This document shows, piece after piece, positions 12,291 through 24,075 of a stretch of DNA of 64,000 bases. The position numbers and the translations under genes were made by a program. Origin of the DNA: Malacoraja senta (taxonomy: Eukaryota); NCBI GenBank assembly GCA_038087875.1, contig CM075990.1, positions 10,168,001-10,232,000 of the forward strand. The letters run 5' to 3'. The stretch's first letter is position 1. Each line of letters opens with the position of its first letter. The notes under the pieces are model-generated. The model did not search any database, was not told the DNA's origin, and saw only the letters and a list, made by a program, of their open reading frames with translations.

Positions 12291-13806
12291 TCTCATGTTC
12301 CTCTATAAGTATTTCAAGTCTTGATCTGAAACATCACCTATCCATGCTCTCCAAAGATGTGAGCTGACCTGCTGAGTTACTCCAACACTTTATGCCATTT
12401 TTATTTGTAAACCAGCATTTGTAGGTCCTTATGTCTATATTCAAGGGAATAGTCGTCACTGCATCAATTATGGAATAGGTCAGAATTATGGCCTTGAATG
12501 GTCACTATTCTAAGGCATTGTAAAACAAAAGTATGACTAAATCATTCCACAGTGTGTACTAAACAAATCCACTTTTAACTGCTTTAAATTCCCTTGAGAT
12601 AAAAAAAAAAGCAACATTCTACCCCTGTGAACAGAAGTTCTACAATCTTTGTTATCAAAGCAGCCAGACATGCCAGGGATTTTGCAGTCTGGGGTTAATT
12701 TAGACGACTTTCTAGATGTCCTGGTAATAGGTCTGTACAGGATCATGAGATGTGATACAATTCTTTTGACTATCAAACAATCTATGATTTAGCGTTCCGA
12801 AAAGACTGCTGATTTTGGTTCATCTACGAGAGCTGAGATGAGCAATAAACAGCTCATTTATGAATAATGGAGGCATGGTTCCAACAGATAAAATACAAAA
12901 TTGCTTAGATAATAAACATTTATAAGTTCTGATAATATTTTTATCTGTCACTTTAGTACAAACCTAGAAATAAATATGTTTGGTGAACATTGAATAAAAA
13001 TATTACCAGTCATACTAAATAAGATGGTTTCCAATAATAACAATTAGTCAAATAACAATGGGAAAAAATATAAAATTCGACGTTTAATTATTGTTACAAG
13101 ATTGGTAGTGCTATTTCATTTAAAAACCCGAAGGAATCTTTTCAGTTTGTAATTGAAGTTTGGAGACCAGTGTTAACGCAACCTTCCATTTTAAGGTCTT
13201 AGTTATAATCTCAAAGCAGCATATAGTTTAATTCCTCACCAGCCACCAATAAAGTGAAACGATTATGTCAAGCCCGTTTAGGAAAGGGGACTGAGAACAT
13301 GGAGACTCCTCTGTCACAGATGAACATGGCTGTCGGACTTTAAGTTAAATTTGAGATTCAGTTTTAATCAATTCCCATAAGGATGATTAAACAAATTGAA
13401 GCCAATAGGTATACAGCTACCAGGCAGTTTCTGTATCAGATACCCAGACCCACATTATTTTATACCATGGTTTAACAAACTGTATAAGTGGAATTAGCAA
13501 AAATTGGTAGGGCAGGATGATAACAGTACAGGTTGTTAGGGAGTAAAAGGAAAACAATGGCCAATATCAGGGCTGTAGGAAAATCTAAATCAAGGCAGGA
13601 AAATCTGAATATTTCTTTACTCAGAATTGTAAATGGAATGTTGATAAGTCCTGACCCTGCAAAAATAGTCATTATTTTCCATTGTGCACTGTGTACTGTG
13701 GAAATGAAAATGCTTTATCCTCAAATGTCCCAGTCTGATATTAAACTATGAATGACCATGTTTTCTAGTGTAAATATTTGACCAGAGACCTGTCTCAGGA
13801 AGGGAA

Positions 13807-14051
13807 TGTGTAGAATGGAACTGCAGATGTTGGTTATTCACCGAAGGTAGACACAAAATGTTGGAGTAACTCAGCGGGACAGGCAGCATCTCTGGATAGG
13901 AGGAATGGGTGACGTTTCTAGTCGAGACCCTTCTTCAGACGAGGGTCGAAGACACTTGAAGAAAGGTCTCAACGCGAAACGTCATCCATTCCTTCTATCC
14001 AGGGATGCTGCCTGTTCTGCTGAGTTACTCCAGCATTTTGTGTCTATCTTC
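13807..14051. mobile_element. Penelope-derived inverted (hairpin) element
   Basis: Arms of about 100 bp that are reverse complements around a short spacer; flanking agggaatg at 13801-13808 and 14055-14062. Confidence 0.85.
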
Positions 14052-14703
14052 AGTAGGGAATGAGTGATCAGAGTGATCATCCAGAAACCACAACTGCAAT
14101 GTCTTTACCCAGAGAATAATTACATTCAATTTAATTATTTTAGAGAAACTGAAAATCAGAGGACATATAAAGCAGGGACTGTTGTTGTAACCATGTTGAA
14201 ACATGCAGCAGACTAATGGTTTAATGGTTTATTATATGGACATGCCAACACCAGTGTGAGATGGCTGCGTTCTCGAGATCCATATAGTAGATGTGATCAC
14301 TAGTGGGATGCTTGTATCAAAATGTAACTAGTATTGGGGGCTCTGGATTGATTTTACTAAACAAATTAATTATTTTAATGATCGCCAACAGCTTTCACTA
14401 AGATTGAAAATAATTACAATGTGAGAAAAACACAGTAAATGTTTTCAGTAAAACTGGCATTTCAATACTAAAAGTGAGTCAAATTGAATTATGGAGAAAG
14501 TTAATTCAGAAAACATTAAATCAAAGGGAATGGATGGAATGAAACACCATTAATTACATCTTTGAACCATTAAAATGGAAATTATAACCATATTTAAGCA
14601 TTAACTTTGCATCCCTCCCCCTTGCTAGAGAATATATAAACTCAATATATGGCCTTTTATGCATGTGACTATGAAAAAAGACTTTTAAAGAAAGATTACT
14701 TAC

Positions 14704-14730
14704 AGTCAATGCTGAATCTCCACGTTGACC
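14704..14730 (-). CDS. Collagen exon, 27 nt, end of COL1: GQRGDSALT
   Basis: ctgtcattttctag|GGTCAA...TTGACT|gtaagt; positional equivalent of COL13A1 GQCGEYPHR. Confidence 0.88.
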
Positions 14731-14754
14731 CTAGAAAATGACAGAATAATCAGA

Positions 14755-15100
14755 TTTGAGTTTGCGTTTAGTTTATTATTATGTGTACCAATTAACAGTG
14801 ACATTTTTTGTTGTGTGCTAACCAGTCAGTGTAAAGAAAATACCTGATTACAATCGAGCCATTCACAGTGTACAGATACATGATAAAGGGAATAACTTGA
14901 ATAATGTTAAGTGTAAGATAAAGCCAGTAAAGTCCAATCAAAAATAGTCTGAGAGTCTTCAGTGAGGTAGATAGTAGTTCAGGACTGCTCTCTAGTTGTG
15001 GCAGGATGGTTCAGTTGTCCTATAACAGTTGGGAAGAAACTGTGTCCCTGAATCTAGAGGTGTGCGTTTTCACACTTCCATACCTTCTGCCCGATGGGAA
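14755..15100 (-). mobile_element. Rex1/Babar-clade LINE 3' end
   Basis: Minus strand reads PSGRRYGSVKTHTSRFRD/SFFPTVIGQLN (Rex1-type C-terminus LPSGRRY...SFFP...LLN) with a 2-nt insertion, then 3' UTR ending aataaactaaac about 25 nt from the 14704-14730 exon acceptor. Confidence 0.75.
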
Positions 15101-15559
15101 TATCAATTATCGATGGGAAAAGCCCCAATGGTATGGCAATGTCAGTACTTCATAATATAATTTACATTGTACCTCTACAGCAAGGAAAACAAGTTATAAA
15201 ATGTTATAAAGCATTATGGCCTATGGATAGGCCATTCGCCTCAATTGATTCACTTTGCTATCTTTGCTTCATATATAATGCTAGAATCAGGTATTAACAT
15301 CTTCCAAACTCAAACTTTAACTTTTTCTCAACACTCTCCACTATATCCACTTTCACATCTTTATCGAGTTAAATATGAACATTTTAATGAACGTGAAAAT
15401 TAGAAAGTCACAGACATACAGTGCAGTCGCAGGCCCTTCAGCCCACTGAGTATATGCCAGACATCAAACACTCACTGATACCCATTTCCACCACTGCCTG
15501 ATGCAAAGACCTGTAACACTGCTTTAATTTTCAATGGCAGCCTCCATCAAAATGATGTG

Positions 15560-15830
15560 GGTTGACCCGCGGTCGACGGTCGATGAGAGCGTGGGGGGAC
15601 CGCCGTGAGGGAGGGGGTGGGGGGGGGAGAACAAAAGGAGGAGTCGGCGTGCTTTGTGCCTTTGTCAGTGCCGTAGGTGGCCGCTATTTGTATACATTGG
15701 GTATACAAGCAAAGACATTTGCATATCACTGTACCTTAATTGGTACACGTGACAATAAAAGACCTTTGAAACCTTTGAATTTCACTGTGCCTTGTCACAT
15801 GTGACAATAAAGTCCCATTCCATTCCATTG
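15560..15830 (+). mobile_element. LINE/SINE 3' fragment with two tandem 'cactgt...gtgacaataaa' tails
   Basis: Tail motif cactgtaccttaattggtacacgtgacaataaa(acctttga)2, followed by cactgtgccttgtcacatgtgacaataaa(ccatt)n. Confidence 0.55.
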
Positions 15831-16837
15831 ATAAGACTCACAGATAGGTTTTGTACAGTAACACTGATACTACAGGAAACTAGGGAAATAGTTGTAAAGC
15901 TACATTAAAGCAAATAAGTTTTTCATTTCACAGATGCAAATCGGGACAAAAGTTGAAGTAACATGAAGTCTAAAAGAAACACAAAGTATAAAAATGATCA
16001 ATTAGCAAACAAAAATTGTTAAGTTTGCTAATTAGATATACACGGCTTGTGTGTTCTTCAACTACCTCACCAGGAAATATTAACATTTAGCTCACAGGCA
16101 GAAATACAGGTGGTTTCTGTGTTTATGCATCTGCATTCGTGTATATAATGGGGCTGCTCTCAGAATGTGGGGGTGAGTGAGAGTGAGGTTGATCCATTGC
16201 AATGTGATGCTTGCTCTAATCCCAGAGTCACGGAAATTTCTCATGAATGACTGGAAACCCTAAGTTGATACCATTCTGTTCCCTGATATCTATTGCCATA
16301 CAATGTGTCCAGAGTATCTTCTGCAATGTTGCCCCTCTGTGGAAATTCGACTGTAATGGCAACACTGACAACTGTAATGGACATTGAAGTATTAAAAAAA
16401 TGATTTGATTTCTCATTCGGTTTTGTAGTGAACCTGGCAGTATTTTAATAACCGTCATGTCTGGAGGTCTTACGTAACAGAATAGCGATGACAAATGGAC
16501 AATATTCTGCTCTACATATGGAGCCATTGGTGATGCTTTAAATTCATAAAATTTTCCTCTGAGAGTTTGACCAAAGACAATTTTTAAACAATGGGACACT
16601 ATCAAAGAGCACCACAATTTTGTAAGGAAGCAGCTCCCATTCTCAATATCTATTAATGTACTTGTAACATTGGCTGATCATTTACTGTTCACCCATCTCT
16701 ACCCCCTCCAATGTTTTTACATTCTTCTTTATGTTTTCAGTCAGCTTTATATCTTCTCCCAGTTTTGCAAACAAATAGTTAACACATTGGAACTTTTAAC
16801 TTAACATTGGTAAAATTGGTAAACTGTGAGCTCTCAC

Positions 16838-16864
16838 CTTGGCTCCTTTTGGACCATGTAGACC
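16838..16864 (-). CDS. Collagen exon, 27 nt: GLHGPKGAK
   Basis: catgtttgcacag|GGTCTA...GCCAAG|gtgaga. Confidence 0.9.
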
Positions 16865-17199
16865 CTGTGCAAACATGAACAGTGAGCCAATTATCCAAAA
16901 CCCACCTCACTATATCAAAATGACATCTTTAAAGTTCAACTCAGCATTACGATGGTTATAAAGAATGGAACTTAAGAATTCAGAACATAAATACATATCT
17001 TATGATATCTTGTTTTATATTTACAATAACAGTATATATTGACATTGACCTAGAGTGTCTCTGTTAGACATCTCATCATAAGCAACGGCAAACAGCAAAA
17101 CCTCAAGTAATATTCAGTAAAGTGAAGACTTTCAAGTAATAAAATGAAGATCATGCAAATATATATTAATGCCAGCAAAAACATTTAATGCCTCAAAAA

Positions 17200-17388
17200 T
17201 ATCCATTGACTTGGCCTCCGCGGTCTATGGCAATGAATTCCACAGATTCACCAGCCTCTGACTAAAGAAATTCCTCCTCATCTCCTTTCTAAAAGTACAT
17301 CCTCTTATTCCGAGGCTATGGGCTCTGGTCCTAGACTATCCCACTAGTGGAAACATCCTCTCCACATTCACTCTATCCAGGCCTTTCT
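17200..17388 (-). mobile_element. CR1 LINE fragment
   Basis: Reverse complement of CR1 3' ORF2 sequence (gaattccacagattcacc, ctctggtcctagact, ggaaacatcctctccacattcactctatccaggcctt). Confidence 0.75.
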
Positions 17389-19242
17389 TTTGGGTGATTG
17401 GTGGACTGACGTTGGTGAATAATACTCTACACAGCATCGCTTAGTGTTGTGGGTGAGCACTGGAGTTGTGCTGTGAATCTGCACAATGATTAGGCCGTGT
17501 GTGAGGCTGCCCTGACCATGTTACGGCATAGTTTTAAAGAGGAAGGTAACATGTGTTACCTCTCGCGAGGAAAGTTATCTTCCGTGGACGTTCGAGTAAA
17601 TTGTGTTTGTAACAGACAGAAATGCCAAACAGGTCAGTATCCTTGAAATCCAGAAACACAACAAAAGGCACCTTTGTTTTTCTTTAGGGAAGTGTTAGGT
17701 ACAGTGCTACCTGAAGAAATACATAAGCAAACCTTCTCTTAATATTCTGAGTGGGTTATTCTTTGCCATTGAATCTGTTGCCATCTATTCAGTTGATCAT
17801 TTCCTTCTCCTTTCCCATCAATCCAAGATTCCTGCAACCCCTAACACTAAGCTCACATCTTTCTCTACTTTCTCCCACTCCCTTTGATCCTCCAGCAGTA
17901 GTTCTTGGAAGAACATTTATTCTCCCCTCGTGTCATTTTTCCCATCTGTTCCTGTTCTTATAAAAACCTTTCACTCAGTCTTCTTTCTAGTAACTTAGCG
18001 GGCAGTAATTGACTATTTTATTCCTCGTGTTTAAAAGAAATTTGATCTGTTGGGCAGCTGAACTGGCCTCCGACAAAAGAAGCAAAAATAAATAGTATTA
18101 GTTGGAACAGCAGCACTGAGCCAGCATTATAAATACACACAAACAAAAAAAACCCCCTCAAAACCAGTCCCCTCAGGAGCTATACAACATGTTCAAATTA
18201 GGCTGAAAGATTAAACTGTCCCATCCCTGTAATTATGCAATCATTACAATATATTTGAAAGGATTGAATCGCAATATTAAAGCTGGAGTAAGGAGTTCGA
18301 AAAAGTAATCCAATGAACTTGCAATGCACACTGAAACCAGACCAGAGTTAGTTTGTCCCTGTATACTATTATGCCAGTGTAAAACCTTTGATGATTAATT
18401 CAGTCAAAGCCTCGTTAGCTACCTGAGACCCACCAATAAATATCGAACTTGGTTGTCAGAGACTGCACACTTCAAAAGCTGCCACCAGTGTAGGTGATTT
18501 GTTTTCAGATCATGTGACTTTCAGCATAAGAATTGTGACTTTCAGATCTTAAAATATGTTCAGGAAATAATTTTGTAGTGATGGTTGCCAAAGGCCAGGA
18601 ATAATCTCATCAACCAGGAGCAGGTAATGTTTGAATAAAATGCAATCAATCCTGCTCCACATTTTCAGGGTTGGGATTGGTAAATTTATCCACAAAGTTA
18701 CACTTCATCCAATATCCTGCCCACACGATTCCCATGGCCACTCTAACTATTTAAGACCCTGTAGGTCTGATTAAACTATAGGTTTATTTATTGCAGCTGT
18801 TCGACAAAGTGGAGTCATCTATGAGCTATTGCTAGGCCTCAGGAGGTGGGATTAATTTTGTGTAAAATTCCTCTTGCTATAAACGTCAAAATGCTTCAAA
18901 AATACCTGATTGACTGTTTTGAGATGTCCTAAGGTTATTTAAGGAACTCTTGTAATGCACTTCTTGCTTCCTTCCCTTGGTTACCAGATTACCTTCCTTT
19001 GGTTATCCAACAATAAACATCACCAAAAACAGATGAAGTGGCCATTTGTCTCACTGATGTTACTGGGATTTTCTACAAAACTGCAATTCATCAAAAATGT
19101 GCTTCAAAATACAAATTCTCCCCTTCAGCAACTTCTTTGATCATGCTAGCCTTGTTATTCCAAATGCTGGGCTTTTTTGCCCGTTGTTCCAATGCATTGC
19201 TAAACCGAACATTTCAAGAACAAACTATTTTTAAATTGGGAT

Positions 19243-19588
19243 TAGTTTAGTTTAGTTTAGTTTAGAGAAACAGCGTGGAAACAGGCCCTTCGGCCCACGG
19301 AGTCCGCACCAACCAGCGATCCCTGCACATTAGCACTATCCTATACACACTAGAGACAATTTTACATTTGGTACCTAGCCAATTAACCTGCAAACCTGTA
19401 CGACTTTGGAGCGTGGGAGGAAACCAAAGACGTAGGCAGAAACCAATGATCTCCGAGAACACCCACGGGGTTACGGGGAGAACGTAAAACTCTGCACAGA
19501 CAGCACCCATTGTTGGGTTCAAACCCGGGTCTCTGGCACTGTAAGCGTTGTGAGGGAGCAACTCTACCGCTGCGCCACCGTGCCGCCC
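19243..19588 (-). mobile_element. Young full-length HE1/V-SINE copy
   Basis: 5' gggcggcacggtggcgcagcggtagagttgct (A-box), B-box-like gggtttgaaccc, V-like core, CR1-shared 3' end and (ctaaa)n tail; many intact CpGs. Confidence 0.9.
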
Positions 19589-19899
19589 GGGATGTACAGG
19601 AAGAATAGCAAAAATGACCAGCAGCCCTTTGAGAGGATAATGCAATGATACAAAGCAACACTTAATGATCACTGCTTATGGCTCAGTATATCAGCACTAT
19701 CATGGGTAGTCTTGAACCTGAGCACAAGTTTCTGCAAGGAATAGTTTTCAAAGAGTCATCTTATTTTTTGTAAATGTCTGGCTTTACAAAGCAGAAGGCT
19801 TGCAAAGGGTACAGAAATGAAAATCAAACTTTTAGGCACCTCAAAAATGGAACAAAAATTTGTGACTTTAAAGAACAAATTCAGCAATTTCTAGAAACT

Positions 19900-20050
19900 A
19901 AGAACTGCCGCTGTTGGTTTACATAAAAAGACACAAAGTACTGGAGTAACTCAGTCGGCCTGGCAGCATCTCTGGAGAACCTGGATAGGTGACCTGAAAC
20001 GTCACCCATCCATTCTACCCATCGAATTACTCTAGCACTTTGTGTCTTTT
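19900..20050. mobile_element. Penelope-derived inverted element, internally deleted
   Basis: aaaagacacaaagtactggagtaa ... ttactctagcactttgtgtctttt. Confidence 0.7.
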
Positions 20051-20384
20051 GTTTATGAGTGAATTGTAACTTGCTTTCATTTTACAGCACTTTGCTGTAA
20101 TCTGTGCAATTTGTAGTGCAGACACCAGCTATTGCAAGCATAGGAGAATTGGCAGATGTCAGCAGATAAGAGTACATCTAGTTTGGAATGAATAGCTGTG
20201 ACTGAAAGGCATAGACTGGAACTTTAAAATATATGCACAACAGCTTGACTGTCTCTCTGGTTAACGTGGAAACATGTGCGGCCATTTTCTGCATTGCAAG
20301 CTCACTCTCATTCATTACTGCTACACGTGGGACTAGTTGCACTGGTGATGTTATTTGTTCCTGTACACTCCTTTATAATTTGAA

Positions 20385-20548
20385 TTACTTTGTTTATATA
20401 AAATATATATATATATATACAGAACCATTTTTTGGTGTTCATTATGGTGTTTACAGTACTGTATGTTTACACATCTGTTGTGCTGCTGAAAGTAAGAATT
20501 TAATTGTTTCAGGACATATGACAATAAAACACTCTTGACTTGACACTC
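20385..20548 (+). mobile_element. LINE-tail repeat ending 'catatgacaataaaacactcttgacttgac' (probably Rex1-related 3' UTR)
   Basis: The same tail recurs at about 31430-31638 (+) and 43083-43215 (+); a related tail lies at 23875-24000 (-). Confidence 0.6.
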
Positions 20549-20646
20549 TTGTCTGTGTGAGCCTATCATTTTAGCCAATTAATAAGTGCATTGCTAAACT
20601 TAACAACTTTATTCTTCAATATGTTCAATTCAGAATTGCAACTTAC

Positions 20647-20673
20647 CTTTTCTCCTTTAAGACCAATGTCTCC
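20647..20673 (-). CDS. Collagen exon, 27 nt: GDIGLKGEK
   Basis: ttgttgctttctaaag|GGAGAC...GAAAAG|gtaagt. Confidence 0.9.
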
Positions 20674-21060
20674 CTTTAGAAAGCAACAAAACAATGTGAT
20701 AATATTAGGGAGCTTAAGAACATTGCAACAAAGAACAGATGGAGGCTATTAAACCCCCAGGACTGATTTGCATTCAGTGAGATCATGGTTGACCTGTGAT
20801 TGTAATTTGTTATATTTATCCTTTTCCAAGATATCATAATTCTCACAGTTATCAACAACAAAAAATATTAAATTGGTAATTTTGCAGCATCAAGTGTTGC
20901 CTATGGAACAGTTGCACATCGCCTCGCCCTCTCCATGTAGAAGTGTTCCCTAGCATTCTATCAGTCTTTTTTGATTATTTGTACCTATTAATGTAATAGC
21001 GATCTCTGGACAAAGACTCCCAGGTTGCTTGGGGACACCACATTTTTGAGTTTTTCACTC

Positions 21061-21292
21061 TTTTTTCACCCAGAGAGTTGTGAATCTGTGGAATTCTGTG
21101 CCTCAGAAGACAGTGGAGGCCAATTCTCTGGATGCTTTCAAGAGAGAGTTAGATAGAGCTCTTAAAATTAGCGGAGTCAAGGGATAAGAAGGCAGGAATG
21201 GGGTACTGATTGTGGATGATCAACCATGATCACAGTGAATGGCGGTGCTGGCACGAAGGGCCGAATGGCCTATTCCTGCACCTTTTGTCTTT
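21061..21292 (+). mobile_element. CR1/HER1 LINE 3' end
   Basis: FFTQRVVNLWNS-coding segment plus 3' UTR gaagggccgaatggcctattcctgcacc; near-identical to about 45505-45725. Confidence 0.85.
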
Positions 21293-21386
21293 TATTGCTT
21301 CAAAGAAATCTGACAGTTTTCTCAGGACCTCTAAGGCTTAAAACTTTTAAATAGATTATATTATTTATTATTGCAGACTTGCTCAC

Positions 21387-21413
21387 CTTTTCACCTTTTG
21401 GACCAGGTAAGCC
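21387..21413 (-). CDS. Collagen exon, 27 nt: GLPGPKGEK
   Basis: aattttttcgcag|GGCTTA...GAAAAG|gtgagc. Confidence 0.92.
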
Positions 21414-22034
21414 CTGCGAAAAAATTAAATTAAGTTAGAACTTGAATAAAATATGTTGTGGATTGCAAAGTTTACTCCCTGTAAAATATGAGAGGGTGCT
21501 TTTCAAATCTTGAACAAAAGTGCAGAAGTGATTAAATTCTGCAGAGGTATTTATAGTCACATCACATGGTAGGAAATGCTGAATGTAAAGATTTACATGT
21601 AAAAAATTGCAAGACACAGACTCCCATTTCAGAAACTCCAGAGAAGTTGGAAATAATATCCAAAAATATCTGATAATAGTTATTTCACAATTTTGCCAGA
21701 TAGTGGTAAGCATTACTAATTAATGCTGCTGATAAAATTCAACTTGCTGGGAAATAAATATATGGGATTTTGGTTTGTACTTTGGATCTGCAACTAAACA
21801 TTCCGTGGCTGCATACTGCATACTGCCTATGGGGCTTAAGTTTTGATTTGTGTCTCCAACACTTGAAGCCAGATCACAAATGTCGGTTAGCAAAATGTAA
21901 CCCATATTATCTAATTGCTTACACATGCACTCAAATGTTCATGTATCAACTTGTATGCATATGTTTTCTTCAACAGCAGTGGGTGTACAATGCACATCAA
22001 ACAATCCTAACAGAGTCCACCACATTAGCTGGAA

Positions 22035-22185
22035 AGGGTACAGAGAGGATTCTGCCAGGGCCAGAGGGTCTGAGCTATAGGGAGAGGTTGAGCAGGCTCC
22101 CCTCACTCTATTCCTTGGAGCGCAGGAGGATGAGGGACATGTTGGTCCAAAGGGCCTGTTTCCACACTCTATCACTCAATGACTC
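22035..22185 (+). mobile_element. Internally deleted CR1 fragment
   Basis: LPGPEGLSYRERLSRL..YSLERRRMR (in ORF 21770..22267) joined directly to the tail agggcctgtttccacactctatcactc. Confidence 0.75.
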
Positions 22186-22199
22186 TTTGAATCTAAAAG

Positions 22200-22330
22200 C
22201 TGAAGAAGGGTCTCGACCCGAAACATCACCCATTCAATCTCTCCAGAAATGCTGCCTGTTCCGCTGAGTTACTCCAACATTTTTTGTCTATCTTCGGTGT
22301 ACACCAGCATCTCCAGTTCCTTCCTACACA
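22200..22330 (+). mobile_element. Penelope-derived terminal fragment with hammerhead-like core
   Basis: ctgaagaagggtctcgacccgaaacatcacc...gagttactccaac...cagttccttcctacaca. Confidence 0.8.
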
Positions 22331-22433
22331 GAAAACCTAAGCTGCTTTTGTTTGTCCAACGCTCGATGAACCTGGATAACATTTTGCATGTATCTTCTTA
22401 AAGGAAAGCTACTTTGATTTCTGTTATACCTAC

Positions 22434-22460
22434 CATGTCACCTTTAGATCCAGCTTTTCC
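22434..22460 (-). CDS. Collagen exon, 27 nt: GKAGSKGDM
   Basis: cttgctttttcag|GGAAAA...GACATG|gtaggt; resembles COL13A1 GHPGPKGDM. Confidence 0.9.
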
Positions 22461-24048
22461 CTGAAAAAGCAAGAATAAAATATTAAACAACAGAACACAG
22501 AAAAAAACAATATTGCAAATTTATTTTTATTTTCCAACCCCCTCTCCCCTACTTGTGAAATCAGATGAAAGATATACATGGAATGAATGTCCCAAGTCCA
22601 TGTCCACATATGTGCTACTTTGCTCTGTTTTACTCAGACATTTACTGCCTTGAGTCTTCTACTGTGATATACCATGAGCACATAATCAAACGTTTCATTC
22701 ATCAATTCAACAATCACTTTAATAAAAATGTCTGTAAGAACAGTATTCCTTTGATTAAAACGTGAAAAGGCAGAATTGCCCATTTAGCTAATGTAGCCAA
22801 ATGTTTCTAAGTGCAATGAATTGGCTGAGGATTTCAACTTCAAATGGAAGTTCACAACTAAAGCCAAATTCAAAGATGTTAGATCAGCTGCTAGCCTGAT
22901 TTTTCTTGATATCAATGTATGTTTGAAATTCCAATCCCGCCAATTTGTGCATCAAACTTGAAAGGTTAGATGTTCACACAATGGGTAGTTGTGGATAATA
23001 TATTGCAGTAATACTGAGATCAAAACAACAGCATATTGTGAGCATATTAAAGCTTGGAAATGGGCTCCAGTCAGATCGCCTGATATCAAATGCCACCAGC
23101 AAGTGAGATTGAACAAGAAGGCAAAGTGCAATAGATTTAACATTGTGGTTCTCAATGTAGTTTCAAACTATTCTGAAAGGTTTTGTCTCAATGTATTGTA
23201 TAATAAAAACACATTGAAGACTGATCACTTGCCAAGCACTGAGCAGTCCAGGGCTCACCAGGAGGGGTTCCCAACCATGTCTTCAATTTGAATTAATCAT
23301 TGGCTTTAGTTGTGAACTTCCATTGCCATACATCCCCCTGGCTTCACTCCATACCTCAGTCCTGAGGAGGGGCCTTAGTACCTTCTGATCCATTTGGCCA
23401 GAAGATCTAACCATCCCTTTGAATTTGTTAGCCTGGCTAGTTCAATACCTATACATGTAAATTCAACCTTGGGACGGGAGCCATTTGTAGCCCAGATGAT
23501 TTTTGTCGCTAAGGGGGTCTAAGAGTTTCTCAGAATTAAATTAAATCTCACAGAGTAACCCAGGAGATTAATGTATCTGTCATTACAGATCATGGATTGA
23601 ACCAGACTGATGCTGCATGTCATCTCAGGGACAAATAGCAATGGACAACAAATCCTAGCTTTGCACATAGCCTGAGAATGATTAATAATGATGGAGACTG
23701 TTTTTGCTATTGCCTGATTTGCTTTGGTCTAAGACCAACACCACTCTCTTAACATCTTCTGATGTGGCCGAGTAATCCAATATGTTGTGGAGATGCAGGG
23801 AAAGGAATAAATATTTGAGGCACATGCACAAGCACAAAAGCTGGTACGGAATGTTTTTTATGATGTTACATAATCAAGTCAAGTGAGTTTATTGTCATGT
23901 GTCCCTGATAGGACAATGAAATTCTTGCTTTGCTTCAGCACACAGAACATAGTAGGCATTTACTACAAAACAGATCAGTGTGTCCATATACCATAATATA
24001 ATATATACCATAATCTTATAACAATATATAGAAAAATGAAATACTTAC

Positions 24049-24075
24049 AGATTTACCATCCAACCCTATAGGGCC
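24049..24075 (-). CDS. Collagen exon, 27 nt: GPIGLDGKS
   Basis: tttattttgaag|GGCCCT...AAATCT|gtaagt; resembles COL13A1 GPIGLDGKP and COL23A1 GPLGLDGKP. Confidence 0.92.

Noticed and set aside
3518-19588. tRNA genes at the SINE heads
   Set aside because: A/B boxes are present but continue into SINE bodies and tails; no complete cloverleaf.
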